Shown here: piece by piece, positions 1 through 12,250 of the stretch | How positions within the stretch are numbered: the first letter of the stretch is position 1 | How the letters are laid out: the number at the start of each line of letters is the position of its first letter | Origin: Vicugna vicugna | Taxonomy: Eukaryota | NCBI GenBank assembly: GCA_013265495.1 | Contig: MU057560.1 | Span: 508,753 to 572,752 of the forward strand | DNA length: 64,000 nt | Direction: 5' to 3' | Made by a program: the position numbers and the translations under genes | Notes under the pieces: model-generated | Database searches by the model: none | What the model saw: only the letters and a program-made list of their open reading frames with translations | Told to the model about the DNA's origin: nothing

Positions 1-77
1 CAGGGGCACAGGCCAGTATGTGGAAACTCGTCCAAGGAAAGAAGCAGGTATTTCAAATTTAAAAATAAACTTACAGA

Positions 78-210
78 GGGGAGGGAACAGCTCAAGTAGT
101 AGAGTGCATGCTCAGCATGCAGGAGGCCCTGGGGTCAGTCCCCAGTACCTGCATTAAAATAAATAAGTAAATCTAATATCACCCCCCCAAAAAAAGAAAT
201 AAAAACAAAG
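78..210 (+). mobile_element. tRNA-derived SINE (camelid Vic-1 type)
   Basis: GGGGAGGGAACAGCTCAAGTAGTAGAGTGCATGCTCAGCATGC...CCCCAGTACC tRNA-like head with an A-rich tail. Degenerate TSD aaaaataaacttac / aaaaacaaagttat. Confidence 0.85.
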
Positions 211-529
211 TTATGCCCTGAAAAAAATACACCTTTAAAAACTTCTAATTAGGCTTATTCATGACAGTTTGGGTCTATCTGTGGTTTGGGAAATAACTGT
301 CTTTATTTTATCAACTAACATGTTTTTGGCTACCACATACCTGTAAAGTGTCTAGAGCTTGGGTTAAAATAATTGCAAAGCAACCACAGTACTTTGTGCT
401 GAGAAAGTTTAATTCGGTGATGGGAGTGTGCTGGAACCCTGCTCTGGGCACCTCTGAGGAACTATGAAATTCAACGTTTAATTTATCGTCACGGGTCCTT
501 GAGGCCCACCGCTTACTCTTCTAAGTAAG

Positions 530-790
530 ACCAAGAGCGGACCTGCCGCCCGCGTCGCACGGCCTCTCTCTCCCTCCTTTGCTGCACAGTCTACGTGAAG
601 CAGCCGCTGGTTTTATCAAGAGAGAAGCCTCAGATTATGAAGAGCGGGCCCCTAAGCCCTCGTGGGCGTCCAGGTGCCGGAATCCCGCCGGCCGGCGAGT
701 GTGGGGACCGGCATCAGGCCCGCGTGGGGCCGCCCACTGCCGCGGCGCGGTCCTGCCTGGGGAGGGCCCCTCCCCGGCCCCTGTCTGTCC
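530..790. promoter_or_regulatory. Small CpG island
   Basis: Dense CpG and high GC within AT-rich flanks. Confidence 0.6.
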
Positions 791-996
791 ACCCTTGAAC
801 TTAAACCCTTACCTGGGAGAGATAAAGTGTTTGTCTGAATTAAACTTCCAGTAACAGTCTCTGATTGTTAAGTATTGTAGCCTTCAAATCTTGGGGAGAA
901 AGTCTTTCTTATGTTATTGCACTGTATGCAATGCCACGGGCAGGAACTTTGTGGACATTTAAGACCCTCAATTCTGTTGGAATTGGAATAATGGCA

Positions 997-1020
997 GTAG
1001 TAGTAGTAGTAGTAGTAGTA

Positions 1021-1054
<34 letters not shown>

Positions 1055-1065
1055 CAACAACAATA
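997..1065. repeat. Compound trinucleotide microsatellite (GTA)9(ATA)9(ACA)4
   Basis: Read directly from the sequence. Confidence 0.97.
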
Positions 1066-1726
1066 ATGGCTGTACCTACCCCTGGCCAAAATAAAATAAT
1101 TTTTAAAACAATACAATAATAAATAAATATTTTTAAAGCTGTTTCAGCTATAGGATGTAGTCAGAGAAAGGTTAGATGACTGAATTTTCTTAAAACTAGA
1201 AATGAATCAGACTTAAATGGTCTTAAATCTAAAGGTCTTCAGTTTCACTTAATGCAGGTCGTTTTGGTAACAGAGTTCCAAGAAAAACAATGGAGATGAT
1301 GCTTTTTGTGTCATGGTGATTCCAGAGTGAGGTAGAGTGGATACATTCTGAGCCTGAAATATCCTTTCATACCAGAAATGAGAGACATGCTGAAAGCAAA
1401 GACTCACTCAGTGGCAGGGGCGTCCACACCCCTCTTTCATTTTCAAAAAGGTCTAAGTGACGCTTTAAGAAATGGAGTCTGTTCTCAGGACGTTTCATGA
1501 AAGAGGAAGCTCTTGTTGACAGGTAACCCTGGAGTTACGTGGTGCCTGAAAAAAACCACACGCTGGGCACCGTCGCTGCCACCAGCACTGAACATGCCAG
1601 TTCTTCAACCACCAGGCACCCGGCGGTCCGTCACTCTCCTCCCAGGGTGGCTCTGTCCTCCCAGGGCCTGGGAAAGGAGCTGCAAAGGGGAAAGCAAAAC
1701 CTCTGTCAGCAAGACAGGACAATGAC

Positions 1727-1852
1727 GGGGGAGGGCAGCTCAGTGGTAGAGTGTGTGCTTAGCATGCAGACGGTTCCAGCACCTCCATTAAACAGCAAAC
1801 AAACCTGATTACCACCCCACCAAAGAAAACCAAAGAAGTACTTCCAGGAAAA
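1727..1852 (+). mobile_element. Vic-1-type SINE, internally deleted
   Basis: GGGGGAGGGCAGCTCAGTGGTAGAGTGTGTGCTTAGCATGC head. Perfect 12-bp TSD ACAGGACAATGA at 1714-1725 and 1853-1864. Confidence 0.88.
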
Positions 1853-2543
1853 ACAGGACAATGAGCATGAAAAGGCACGACACTCGGGCACAGACGGCTC
1901 CCTTCCCACCCCTGCACACCTGTCGCAGGAACGCCAGAGTCTTGCTTTGAAGGGCTGCCACTTCAGGAAGAATGACTCTTGGTTGCTTTGGGAGAAGTGT
2001 CTGATGATCGGCAGGTGGACGTTAGCTTTGCAAAGAGGGGAAGACCCAACACCTAGGAAACAGTGAGGCTCGTAGAGAAAACTAGACGTGTAATCAAGGC
2101 CTGGTGGCCGCCCTGCTCCTGAGGAATAGGATGGCCTTTCTGGGGTCTGATGCCAGTTTCTGCCACCAGAGGTGGACCAGACGCTCATCCAAGGAAATCC
2201 CACCGCCTCCCTGGCAGACACTGCGACGTACGGAAAGGGGTGGGACCTGGGGCCCTGCAAGTTTGTCCCAGACACATGTGAAGACCAGATGGACGGACGA
2301 AATGTGAGGAAGTGGAGGTGCTTCTTTGGATCGCTGTGAAAGTTACACAGGAAAAAGCCACAATTTTCAGTGCTTCCACACCACTCCCTCATCACCCACC
2401 ATGAGATACCACTATTTTATCTTTTATCAAGAACACGGATTTTAAGTCAGCCAAAAAAAAATGGAATAGCTATTGATTGAAGGCTCTAAGAACAAGCTTT
2501 ATAAGAGTCTCATTTCAGGATGACATCAAAATATTCAGGTCCT

Positions 2544-2770
2544 GGGCAGGAGGGTATAGCTCAGCGGTAGCATGTGTGCTTAGCATGCATGAGGTCCTGG
2601 ATTCCATCCCTGGTACCCATTTAAAATATACATATCTATACACACACACATTCACACACACATATGTGCACATACATATATATACATATACATATACCTA
2701 ATTACCTCCCCCACCAAAAAGAAAAGATTCACATTAAAAAATAATAATAAAGCCCCCTCCAAAAGAGAAA
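2544..2770 (+). mobile_element. Vic-1-type SINE with an internal (AC/AT)n tract
   Basis: GGAGGGTATAGCTCAGCGGTAG...GAGGTCCTGGATTCCATCCCTGG. 11-bp TSD ATTCAGGTCCT at 2533-2543 and 2771-2781. Confidence 0.9.
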
Positions 2771-3607
2771 ATTCAGGTCCTACCCCATGGACCAACGCTG
2801 ACAGTAAACTTTAGAAGAAGTAAAGAAAATTAATCATTCTGACTCTAATTCAGAAAATAATTTTAAAAACAAAGAAGAGCTTTCATTCATCTTGCATTGA
2901 AATGGACAGGACCCCGGCCCCCCGCGCATCTTCGCTGTGCACCGACTACTGGAGGTGGTGCGTCCCCAAGCCCAGCCTCCGCCCTCCCTCGCTCAGAGCC
3001 AAGGCAAAGAGGAGACGAAACCCGCAGTCTCTTTTCTATAAATAGAGCTCTTTCCAACCAAACGTTCTCTTCACTTCATTGCTCACGCAGACGCCTACTA
3101 GGCCTTGTGTTTTCAAAACCACAATTGTCTTTCATTTCATCCTGAATAATTGGGGTGGGTAGTCTTACAGCACAGCCCTGCCTTTCAGAGAAACATGTGT
3201 GGAATTTCTCTCTGTCCCTTTCAGGCAAGAAGATAATGCACATTTTTGAGAAGTTTCTGCCTCTTTCTTCTCTGCCTCAGATATGATCGTTCTAACAACT
3301 TCTAATTACTTGGCCTCCAAGGATGAGAGGCAGGATGCTCAGAGCCCGGCCTCTTTGTTCTGGGTCAGCTGACGTGCACCCTTCTCTGCTCACGCTTAGA
3401 AAGAACAGAGAATAGACTCTAATTAAATCCCATATTTTTCAGATCACTCAACTGAGTAAACTGACAGCGATGTTATCTGTGGGCCTGCTGCCACATCTGA
3501 TCAAGCTCTTTCCAGAGCTGTGTAACCTCCCGTAGGTAGAAGGGGTGGGGGAAGTCCGTCTGAAGGCTCCTGTTACCCATTGGAGTGATTTTTTAATGGC
3601 TTGTTCT

Positions 3608-3908
3608 ATTTTACTTTATTCTTTGTAATTCTTACATTTGATTGAAGTGTAGTCAATTTGCAATGTTAGTTTCACGTGCCCAGCAAAGCAATTCAGTTAT
3701 ACACGTGCATATATACGCATATTCAGATTCTTTTCCATTTTCAGCTCATTATAAGAAATTGAATGTAGTTCCCTGTGCTGTACAGTAGTTCCTTGTTGTT
3801 TATCTGTTTTATGTAGTGTGTACCTATTAATCCCAAACTCCTAATATGTCCCTTCTTCCCTGCTTTACCCCTGGTAACCACAGTTGTTTTCTGTGTCTGT
3901 GAGTCTAT
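3608..3908 (-). mobile_element. L1 3' end (artiodactyl-type 3' UTR), 5'-truncated
   Basis: ATTGAAGTGTAGTCAATTTGCAATGTTAGTTT...GTTCCCTGTGCTGTACAGTAG...TCCCAAACTCCTAA is the reverse complement of the L1 3' terminus. Similar to 50557-50851. Confidence 0.85.
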
Positions 3909-5319
3909 TAAATGATTTGTTTAAAAAAATTTTTTTTGAAAGAACTTCCCCTTTTCTTTGACTTTTACTGTTTTGCTATAAAATCCCACTCAGGGCACAA
4001 AAATTATGTATATTTCTGTTTATTACCAGAGTGAAAAGAATGGAGTCCTTCAAGATGGCACCTTCTTAAAGCTGAAACGTACCCAGTATCTACTCTTTCC
4101 CAGGCCCCACACCTGCATTTTCCATGCAGTGTCTCGTCTGATGCTGAGAGCAGCCCATGTTATACATCACACTTAGGAGAAGAGGGAGTGGAGGCATTAT
4201 GCAGACTGGACACCTTGTCCCGAGTCACAGGGTAAAGAAAATGCCTCTGAACTTGCAGAGGGGAAGTGGGGGAGGGAGTGAGAATAAAATAGCTCTGTGC
4301 TGAGAGACTAAGTTCTGATCCACGGATCCGTATCCGGTCAAGTTCCAACGGGAAACATACCCCAAATAGGATTTAGCAAGTTTTATGTGCAAAGGCACTA
4401 GGGAAAAAGTGGGTGGGCTGCAGGAGTCTGGAAGCTGCCATCAGCTGCCATGTTACTGCCCTAATGATGAGCATGGGGGCAGAAGAGCTACCAGAGGTTG
4501 CCAGGAGACAGAGATGATGGAGGTACAGGGCACAAGGTGCATTGAAAGGGTCCACAATCCTTCACTCGGCGACAGTGACCCGAGGCGACCTCGCAGGGAC
4601 GGAGGTGAGACCTCTTTCCTCCCTTCACGCCCCAGCTGGAGAAGCCCTCCTGGAACCCAGAGGGCACAGGAATCCTGCTGGCGGAGGAGGAGGAAAGGGG
4701 ACGGGGCGGTTCTGGAAGGACGGAGAGGAATGCAGAGCTCTGGCTTTAGTCTCACTTCCCGCGCATTCCCCGCCTCTCCTGTGAGTTTCCGCCTGCCTCC
4801 TGCCTAGTGTCTGCTCCTCTGCCTTGGACTCCCTGAGAGGCACACAGGTGGCCTACACTGATGACAAAGAAGACGCCTTTGTGGACAAACACAGTGGAGC
4901 TAAATCCAGAGGAAAGTGTGTAAACAGGGCAGGTGGAGGGAGGCTAGGCTGGGAGCTGACCTTCCCGGGAACCGCAAGATGGTTTCCTCACTTACTCGTT
5001 CCTGTCTGAATAAGAGGAGCAGCTCTAACAACAATAGTAATTACAGTGGAGGATCAGGAAGATAAATGAGAGGAGTAAACAGGTTTTAAGATTAATAATG
5101 GTCAATTAAATGCATGATTACTATTAACACAGATTCATTTAGTTTCACCCTGTTAGAACTCAGACAGAAAATCCGACGGTTTAACTGAGTCAGTATCCTG
5201 GGTACCAAGATGGCAGTCTCCAGAGCTGGACTCCAGCTGTCCCTTCATTGGTCAGCGTGTGTGTGTGTTGGGGTCCTCAGCCTCTGGAAATAACCCTTCC
5301 CGTCGATGTGATGTAGGAG

Positions 5320-5490
5320 GAAGGTCATGCGTTCCGGAATGAGACACAGTTCTGTGACCCTGGGCATTTCAGCATATCTGTGGGTATTTACACTTACAAA
5401 ATAGTGGTTATAATAACTCTCAGGTTGTCATGGGAATAAAAGATGATGCTGAACATCCAGTGCTCAGTTCGGGGTTAGAGTTGAGGAAAT
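5320..5490 (+). mobile_element. MIR fragment (degenerate)
   Basis: CTGTGACCCTGGGCA...CTCAGGTTGTCATGGGAATAAAAGATGATG resembles the MIR core. Confidence 0.5.
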
Positions 5491-5884
5491 ATTCTTTTCT
5501 TCTTCTCTTTGGATAGAACTACTTTTATGAAATGAAAAGAACTCACAAGTAAACGAAGTTTCTAATTATCTGGTGTTATTATTAACAAACAAAATGGCTG
5601 GACCTTCTCTCTTCTCCTCTGTCAGTGCTTTGATCATTTTATTGACTTCAGACTCCAGTTGTGAGATGAGAAGTTCTCATGAGCCTTATCCCCAGCAGAA
5701 GGCTTGCGTCCTCGGGAAACAGCAGAATGCCTGTTTGATTGGAGGAGAGATGATCTGTTCTAGCTTTCTGGATAGAATACAAAACTCTCCTTCTTACAAA
5801 ACGCCAAGGTAATTATGTCACTCTTTTCACACCTTATATAAGAGCTACCTATTTCCATGAAATAATGGGGGTAAAATCGGTTTG

Positions 5885-6040
5885 GTGAGCCAGAAGACCT
5901 GGTTTTAATTTCAGTTCAACATTTTCCTTCTGATAACATGGGAAGAGCATAACTGTATGAGCCTCAGCCTACTCACCTACAAAACAGGGATTAAATGAGG
6001 TAAAATGTGTAAAAGTTCTTAATACAAGTCTCATACAGGG
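5885..6040 (+). mobile_element. MIR fragment
   Basis: GAGCCAGAAGACCTGGTTTT...TGAGCCTCAGCCTACTCACCTACAAAACAGGGATTAAATGAGG. Confidence 0.6.
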
Positions 6041-8526
6041 CATAATTTGAATTTTATGAAGCTACATAGCCCCTACAATGAAAAGCAATGTGTTCTGCAC
6101 AAAATATGCCCTTAGTAAGTGTTTACATAATTAAACTGAATTTAAAATATGTAGCTAATGCAAATATGATAGAAATATATCAATATTTCTGTTATTAAAA
6201 AGCAAACACAGCACATAATATTGTATATTTTGAATACAGACACTACAATTGCAGCTCAAACCTTTTTCTATTGGTTGCTTTATTTTTCACTGATGATCTT
6301 GTGTGAGGCCACAGTTTCAAGGAAGGAGTATACAATTTGGAATCAGAGTTGAATTTAAACACTATGCACATGAAGTCACATGACCTCGGAGAATTCGCTG
6401 CATTTTACTGACGTGACAATGCCATTAATGGTAAGATGCATGTGTTCCACTGATACAAAAGAAAATATTGTCATTACACTAACACATGATTGCTAAATGA
6501 ACTGATTGCAAGGTAAATCCTTATTTCAAGGATGTTAAGGGAAACCACAATTGAACAAAATAAATTATTTAACTTCTATGATCCCAAGTTTCTCCATCAG
6601 AAAAATAAGGCTGATGATGACTCAGATGATACTGAGAGAGTCACATGAAAATAGAGAATGAGGGGTGTCCTTTTTAGACACTGAAACACTTGGCAAATAT
6701 TATTTTTAGACAAAGAGCTCCTTTAATAAGAACTCAGGGTTGAGATATGAAACATCGTTTGACCTCCAGATCTATTTTTGTACCAACTGTTTCGTGTAAT
6801 TTTCTCCCCTGGTGACAGCTCTCACTGGTTGTTTATGAAATGTCCTGACAAAAAAAGGAACATATTCTGTGTTTATTTCAAAACATAATCGTGGAGATCC
6901 CATGACCTTGAATTGCTTTGGCTCAGGTGTGGACTTCTCGAAGGATTTATCTCTTTCTTTTAACTTTTAATTGCTTTTAGTAATTACTCAAATGCAACAC
7001 TAGTAGTTTAGCAATTAATCAAGAAAAATGTATAACCCATTAAGATTATTCATCTGAAAAAATTAACATCAAATTGCAACCAAATCTGGAAAATGCAAAT
7101 AAGAAAACCAAAGTCATAAAAAATCAATAACATTATCCAGGCCAGAGAACGAGTTGCACAGTTTAAACAATAAACTCTTTTGGAACTTTTTTTAGTTCAC
7201 TCAGGGTGTCAGATCTGAACACTTTGCGGTAGCCTCAGCAGATCTACGTGACTTCAGATTTTGAAATTGCAGGAAGAACTAGAGAGAGAGTTGTGCTTTC
7301 TCAGACACGTGTTATACTGAGGGTCAGAGGGTGCATCTAAAGGATGCCATGTCATTTGAATGAAAAAAGTTCAGTGTTGCATATTCATTGTCTCCTGGGC
7401 TTCTGCCAGTCCTTCTCAGTGTGACAAGCACCGGTGCCAAAATACATGATGATGAATGTCTCGTGAGTCCCTTCTGTGTTTCTGAGTTTGCAGTCCACGC
7501 CTGCTGCCCTGGAAGAAACGGTAACCATTCACTAAATTTGATTGATTTGTGGTAAAGTTCAATGAGCTAGTGAAACTCGAATGTTTTGTGAGTTACGGAG
7601 AATGCGGAAAGCTATAGAATGCCGTGATGAAGACATTAACAAAGCTGTGCTATTTGACAGGAATGATTTATGCATAAGCCCAACATTTGCCATGTGTCTT
7701 CTTCCAGCTTTATCTCCTGGACGACTTAGATAATTCAAAGTCTGTATTAAGATCATATCCCTTCATCTTCAAGCCTCTGATTAGGGTGTTTCCTACACCT
7801 AGAATATCTTCTTCCCCACTTCTACCCTGGGGGAACCCTGAGCATGTTTCGTATCTCAACTCTGTTTGCCCCTCTTCCATAAAATCTCATCTGCATGCAA
7901 TCTCTCTCCCATAAAGCATTCCACTTAGCACTTCCTTTATACATCCATAATAACTCCTACTCCAGTCACTCAGGGATTTAGAGATGTCTGTCCGCCTTAT
8001 GGATTTGAATTTCAATGTTTTATTCATACTTATAATCCCAGAGTCTGTGCATAAAATTACTCAATATTTGTTGGTTAAATTTGATTTTGAATAATAGAGA
8101 AAGAACACCTTTGTAATTGGGATGGGAAATGAGACTGTAGTTTAATGTCATAAAGCAATGGTTGTCACAGAATAAAGGACACCATGTGGTTGCTGAATGC
8201 CCATGACCGATGACCATCCCATTAGAGTTCACTTCTTCACGCTTCCTAACAAGAAACGTAGCTGAATCCCAATAAATGAGAATATTACAAAAGAGAGTAT
8301 TTAATCTACAAACGTAGTACTTTGTTTTTAGTAATCAAGTACTTCAGCACACCTCAAATTTTTGCACACTTGATTCAGCAATTCTGCAGTTGAGAACTGT
8401 TGCCACTGAAGGATGCTCAACGCGTTTCCCGCAGAGATTGCCCCAGACCTCCTCCACTCCCGCCCAGGCACCAGGCACTCTCTTGTCTTCAGAAAATTAT
8501 TTCACTTCCTCTTTTGTCATCTGTAA

Positions 8527-8738
8527 CAGGGTTTCTCAGCGTTGGCCCTGTTGGCATTTTGGATCAGGTAATGCTTGGTTGTCAGGGCGTCCTGTGCACT
8601 GCAGAGAGGTCAGCAGCATCCCTGACCTCCACACATGAGATGCCGGTAGCAATCTCTGGATCCTGACAGCCAAAAATGTGTCCAGACATCCCTAACTCTC
8701 CTCTGGGAGAGAATCAATGTCCTGGGTTCAGACAACTA
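8527..8738 (-). mobile_element. MER20 (hAT-Charlie non-autonomous DNA transposon)
   Basis: CAGGGTTTCTCAGCGTTGG...CAGCAGCATCCCTGACCTC...CCAAAAATGTGTCCAGACAT matches the reverse complement of the recalled MER20 consensus along its length. Confidence 0.85.
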
Positions 8739-8859
8739 ATGGAGAGACTCCTCTAACTACGCTCCCTTGAATTAGATAATTGAGACTCTTAAAATAACAG
8801 AGGTGAAAGGAGGCAGTGAGACTAACTGGGCCACCACGTATGAAGGTAAGTCCAGAGCA

Positions 8860-9130
8860 ATTAAGTACAAGAATGATGTTTCTAAAATATAAACATGACC
8901 ACGTCACCCTTGTGTTTAAAACGCTCCAGCATCTCTCCAGCACTCCCAAGAGAACATCACAGAGCTCTCATAGTCCTGTCTCTCCAGCTTCGTGGCCACA
9001 CTGAGCTACACACAGACATCTGAATGCCTTGTGTTATTCTGTGCCTACCTTCTTGGCAAATATCTTTGTCTCAAAATAGCACATTTTGAAGTTTCTCTAC
9101 ATGCATGCTTTCTCATGCAAGCTATGTGAG
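8860..9130 (+). mobile_element. L2 fragment
   Basis: TTTCTAAAATATAAACATGACCACGTCACCCTTGTGTTTAAAACGCTCCAG is typical of the L2 3' region. Confidence 0.55.
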
Positions 9131-9899
9131 GGTAAACACTTGGTCTCCTGTATTTAATATTCCCCCCCCCAGAATCTTACTCAATAAGGCTGGTTAAAAA
9201 AAAATGACCAAAAATCTTTATATTTTGGCTAACATATTGACTAGCCTGAAATCCCTTCCTCCTCTTCATTTTATTTATTCTTAGAAATTTAGTCTAACCC
9301 CATCAAAAGCATCTGGAAACTTGCATCATCTTCTTTGGTTTGAATGGGCCCTGGGTGTGCCCCTGAAAGGTCTCACCTTGTTGATGTGTTCACATGTCCG
9401 TTAGACGCCCTACCTCAATACTGTCGATTTCTGAGAGCGAGGACCACACAGCACCGCCCCGGTGATCTCAATCCTCAGTGCTAGCGTTTGGCTCACAGTA
9501 AATGTTGCATGAAAAAAACGAATGTCTCTCCCACAATTTTAACTTCTTCCTTTTGAATACAGCACAAGTCTTGTCTCATCTTTCTATGTGTTCTTCACAG
9601 TATGTAACACAACATCTAGCACAGAGCACACAGTTCACGAACACAGCGTGTTTGTTGATCCTTGATCGTGATTTGAAACTTTGAGAGAATATCCCACCGG
9701 GAACCTTAGGGAAGTTCTCAGGAATGAAAAAGATAGTTTATTGGTTTCAGAGTGACCGACCGTCGCAGTGAGAGCTGCCGGTGCGCCACCCACATCCCCG
9801 AGGGTTCCTTCTGCCGCTTCAGTTTGCCTCTCTCAGCTGCAAGGTGCTTCTGTGTCCAAAGGTCTGCAGCTGCGGCTGTTCGCCGAGGACGGCCCTCAG

Positions 9900-10248
9900 C
9901 TCCTGGAGTGCCCTTGGTTTTATGTGCAGAGAGCTGACTCCTTGGGAGGCCCTCCTCGCTCCTAGCTCTTGCCCTAAAGAGTACGGGGTTGACAGCTGGA
10001 AACTCACAGCCTCACTCAGGCCCAGACACTGAGAGGACAGCTCACCGGCCACGCTCTCCAGCCTGGGGCCACCCTGCGGGTGGTGAGGGGTGCTGTCCTG
10101 GAGTCACACTCTGGCTCTGCTTTTTCCCCTTTCCTGTCCTGGTTCCCCAGATCCCTTACAAGCTTCTCCCTGGAACATTTCCTTAGCAAGTCAGCTGCCC
10201 ACAAATTCTTATCTTAGGGTCTGCTTCTGGGGAGCCAACCTAGAATCA
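9900..10248 (+). mobile_element. LTR16-like ERVL LTR (5' boundary uncertain)
   Basis: 3' terminus CTTAGGGTCTGCTTCTGGGGAGCCAACCTAGAATCA. The 17-mer AGGGTCTGCTTCTGGGG is shared with 17005-17021. Confidence 0.6.
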
Positions 10249-11067
10249 CCTCTTTCTCTTTGCTAACTGTCTGTCAACAGGGCAGTGGAAGAGGATCGTA
10301 TCAGAATCACCTGAGGGCAGGAGGGGCCACATAATGGGTGCGGCCCAGTGATAAATGAAAATGGGGGCCTCTTCTTCAACACGTACCGAGTTGCAAGGTC
10401 ATTAAACTGAGACTCACCACTCTTACGTGCTGAAGTCAGCTCTGCGTGATAACCTCATTCACATTTCCCGCAGCCAGCCGCCCTTCAGCAACCCCTGATG
10501 ACTGACAAGTAACACAGATGTTCTGGGTTTGAATGAATTTTTTTTTCTTTAAATAGTGTTCAGTTTTAAGTTTTATTAATTTAAAAATTGCTGTAGAAAT
10601 GAAAGACATATGGGAAATTTTTAAAAAATCAGTGGCTTCAACAAAATGGTCAGTGACACATAAAGGAGTCTTGAAATTCATTGCTCCTGGCAAAAGTCTG
10701 AGCACATAGTAATCACTCAATAAATACTCCTTAATTGACTGATTAGCTTTCAAAAACTTGACTTTTTTTTTTCGGTTCTCTTTGCACTTGGCACTGTTAG
10801 AAGCACGAAGGATTAAGATATGAGAGAATTAGAAAGGATCGAGGATGTCAGCAATCACAATCAAAAAAACTTGCTTTTGCAGATGGGAAAACTGAGATTA
10901 ATGTATTTTAATAGATTCTGTATGGTCGTACGCCTGGGATGTGATGACAAAGAGTTACACTGCTTGTTGCTTCTAAATAACAATAGGGCACAATACATAA
11001 TTGTTTGCAGAAGTTACATTATTACAAACTTAAAAGGGACAGCGAAGCTGTGTCAAGACATCTACCG

Positions 11068-11138
11068 TGTGTTATGTATCTTAGTAGCCATGTAACAGGT
11101 TACCACGAAATTTAGCAGCTTAAATCAAGGCACATTTG
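11068..11138 (-). mobile_element. MLT1 LTR terminal fragment
   Basis: GCCATGTAACAGGTTACCACGAAATTTAGCAGCTTAAA resembles the reverse complement of the MLT1 3' end. Confidence 0.55.
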
Positions 11139-11559
11139 GCTGGAAGGGGGGATTTGGATGTGGTTAGATAAGAGAAACAAAGGATTTCACGTGGAAGGGC
11201 AAGACAGATGGAGACACTCAGAGTCTATGTGGAAAGCAGATCTCCAACGTTAGATAGAAAAAGGTAGAACTTACCTGTAGACAATTTGGGGTACATTTAA
11301 CGTGTTTATATATGAAAGTGACATGGTTGGTGTATCGTTTTCAGGAGGTGCGTATCAGTGCTGTACACGAGGACATCGGGGCGTAACGGCTCACAGCCCC
11401 AAGGAGGGCGCAGCTCCGGCCAGCGGGCCCTCCCCAGGCACGGGAGCCAGTGACCAAGTGCTCGTCTGCCTTCAAGATGAAATGACATTTCTGTTGCCTG
11501 AATTTTCATTTTCTCTCCCCTAAATTGTCTTCACACAAACTCCATCATCAGGTGGTGAG

Positions 11560-12250
11560 AAAACAAGAGCACGGCTCAGGCTCTCCTCTCTCAGGCCCCA
11601 CTCAGCAGCGGATGCGAACCCAGACGTGGCCACCAGGCTGGCCTCGGGGGGCAGGCCCTGCCGGGCGGCCAGGCCCAGCCGTGCCTGGGCGTCCTCCCGG
11701 CGCTCCCACACCGGGCCTGCCCCTTCGGGGGGGCTGCCCGACGGCCTCCGCAGCAGCGCAGCGCCTCTGCTCCTCCGTCGGAGCCAAGGGCCAGCATCGG
11801 ACGCACAACACACACGGCAGGATGAGTGATGCACACCCGTGTGCCGTCTCCTGGCTCCCGAATGAAATCCCTTAACTCGTCCAAACTTCTGGAACTCGGA
11901 TGCTGGTCGAGGACAGCGTGATCTTAGTACCTACCCTCCTCAGGCTACTCAAAAGTGAGTCACGGTTGCAGAGCATTTGTAGCCGGAGCATCTGAGCTTG
12001 CTGGTCTCCAGCATTACGGCTGGGAAAAAGAGGAGACAAGTTGGTGTCGTGGAGGAAGCTCCAGACTTTAAACCAGAACGTCCTGGTCTGGAGGCGGGCT
12101 CTGCGCCACCCCCGCTCGTCCTTGGGGTGCTGGGAGGTGCGCCCCTCCCCGGGCGGGAGCCGGGGCTGCCGGCTGCCGCGTCGGTGTTGATCTCCCCGCT
12201 CCGGGCCCTCTCTCCCTGCCGCCCCAACTCGTTGTTGCCTCTGGCAGCAA
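11560..12250. promoter_or_regulatory. CpG island, promoter- or enhancer-like
   Basis: CpG-rich and GC-rich, with a TGAGTCA (AP-1) site near 11957. Confidence 0.6.

Noticed and set aside
865..1119. ORFs with poly-Val/Ile/Thr and poly-Tyr runs
   Set aside because: Artefacts of the trinucleotide microsatellite.
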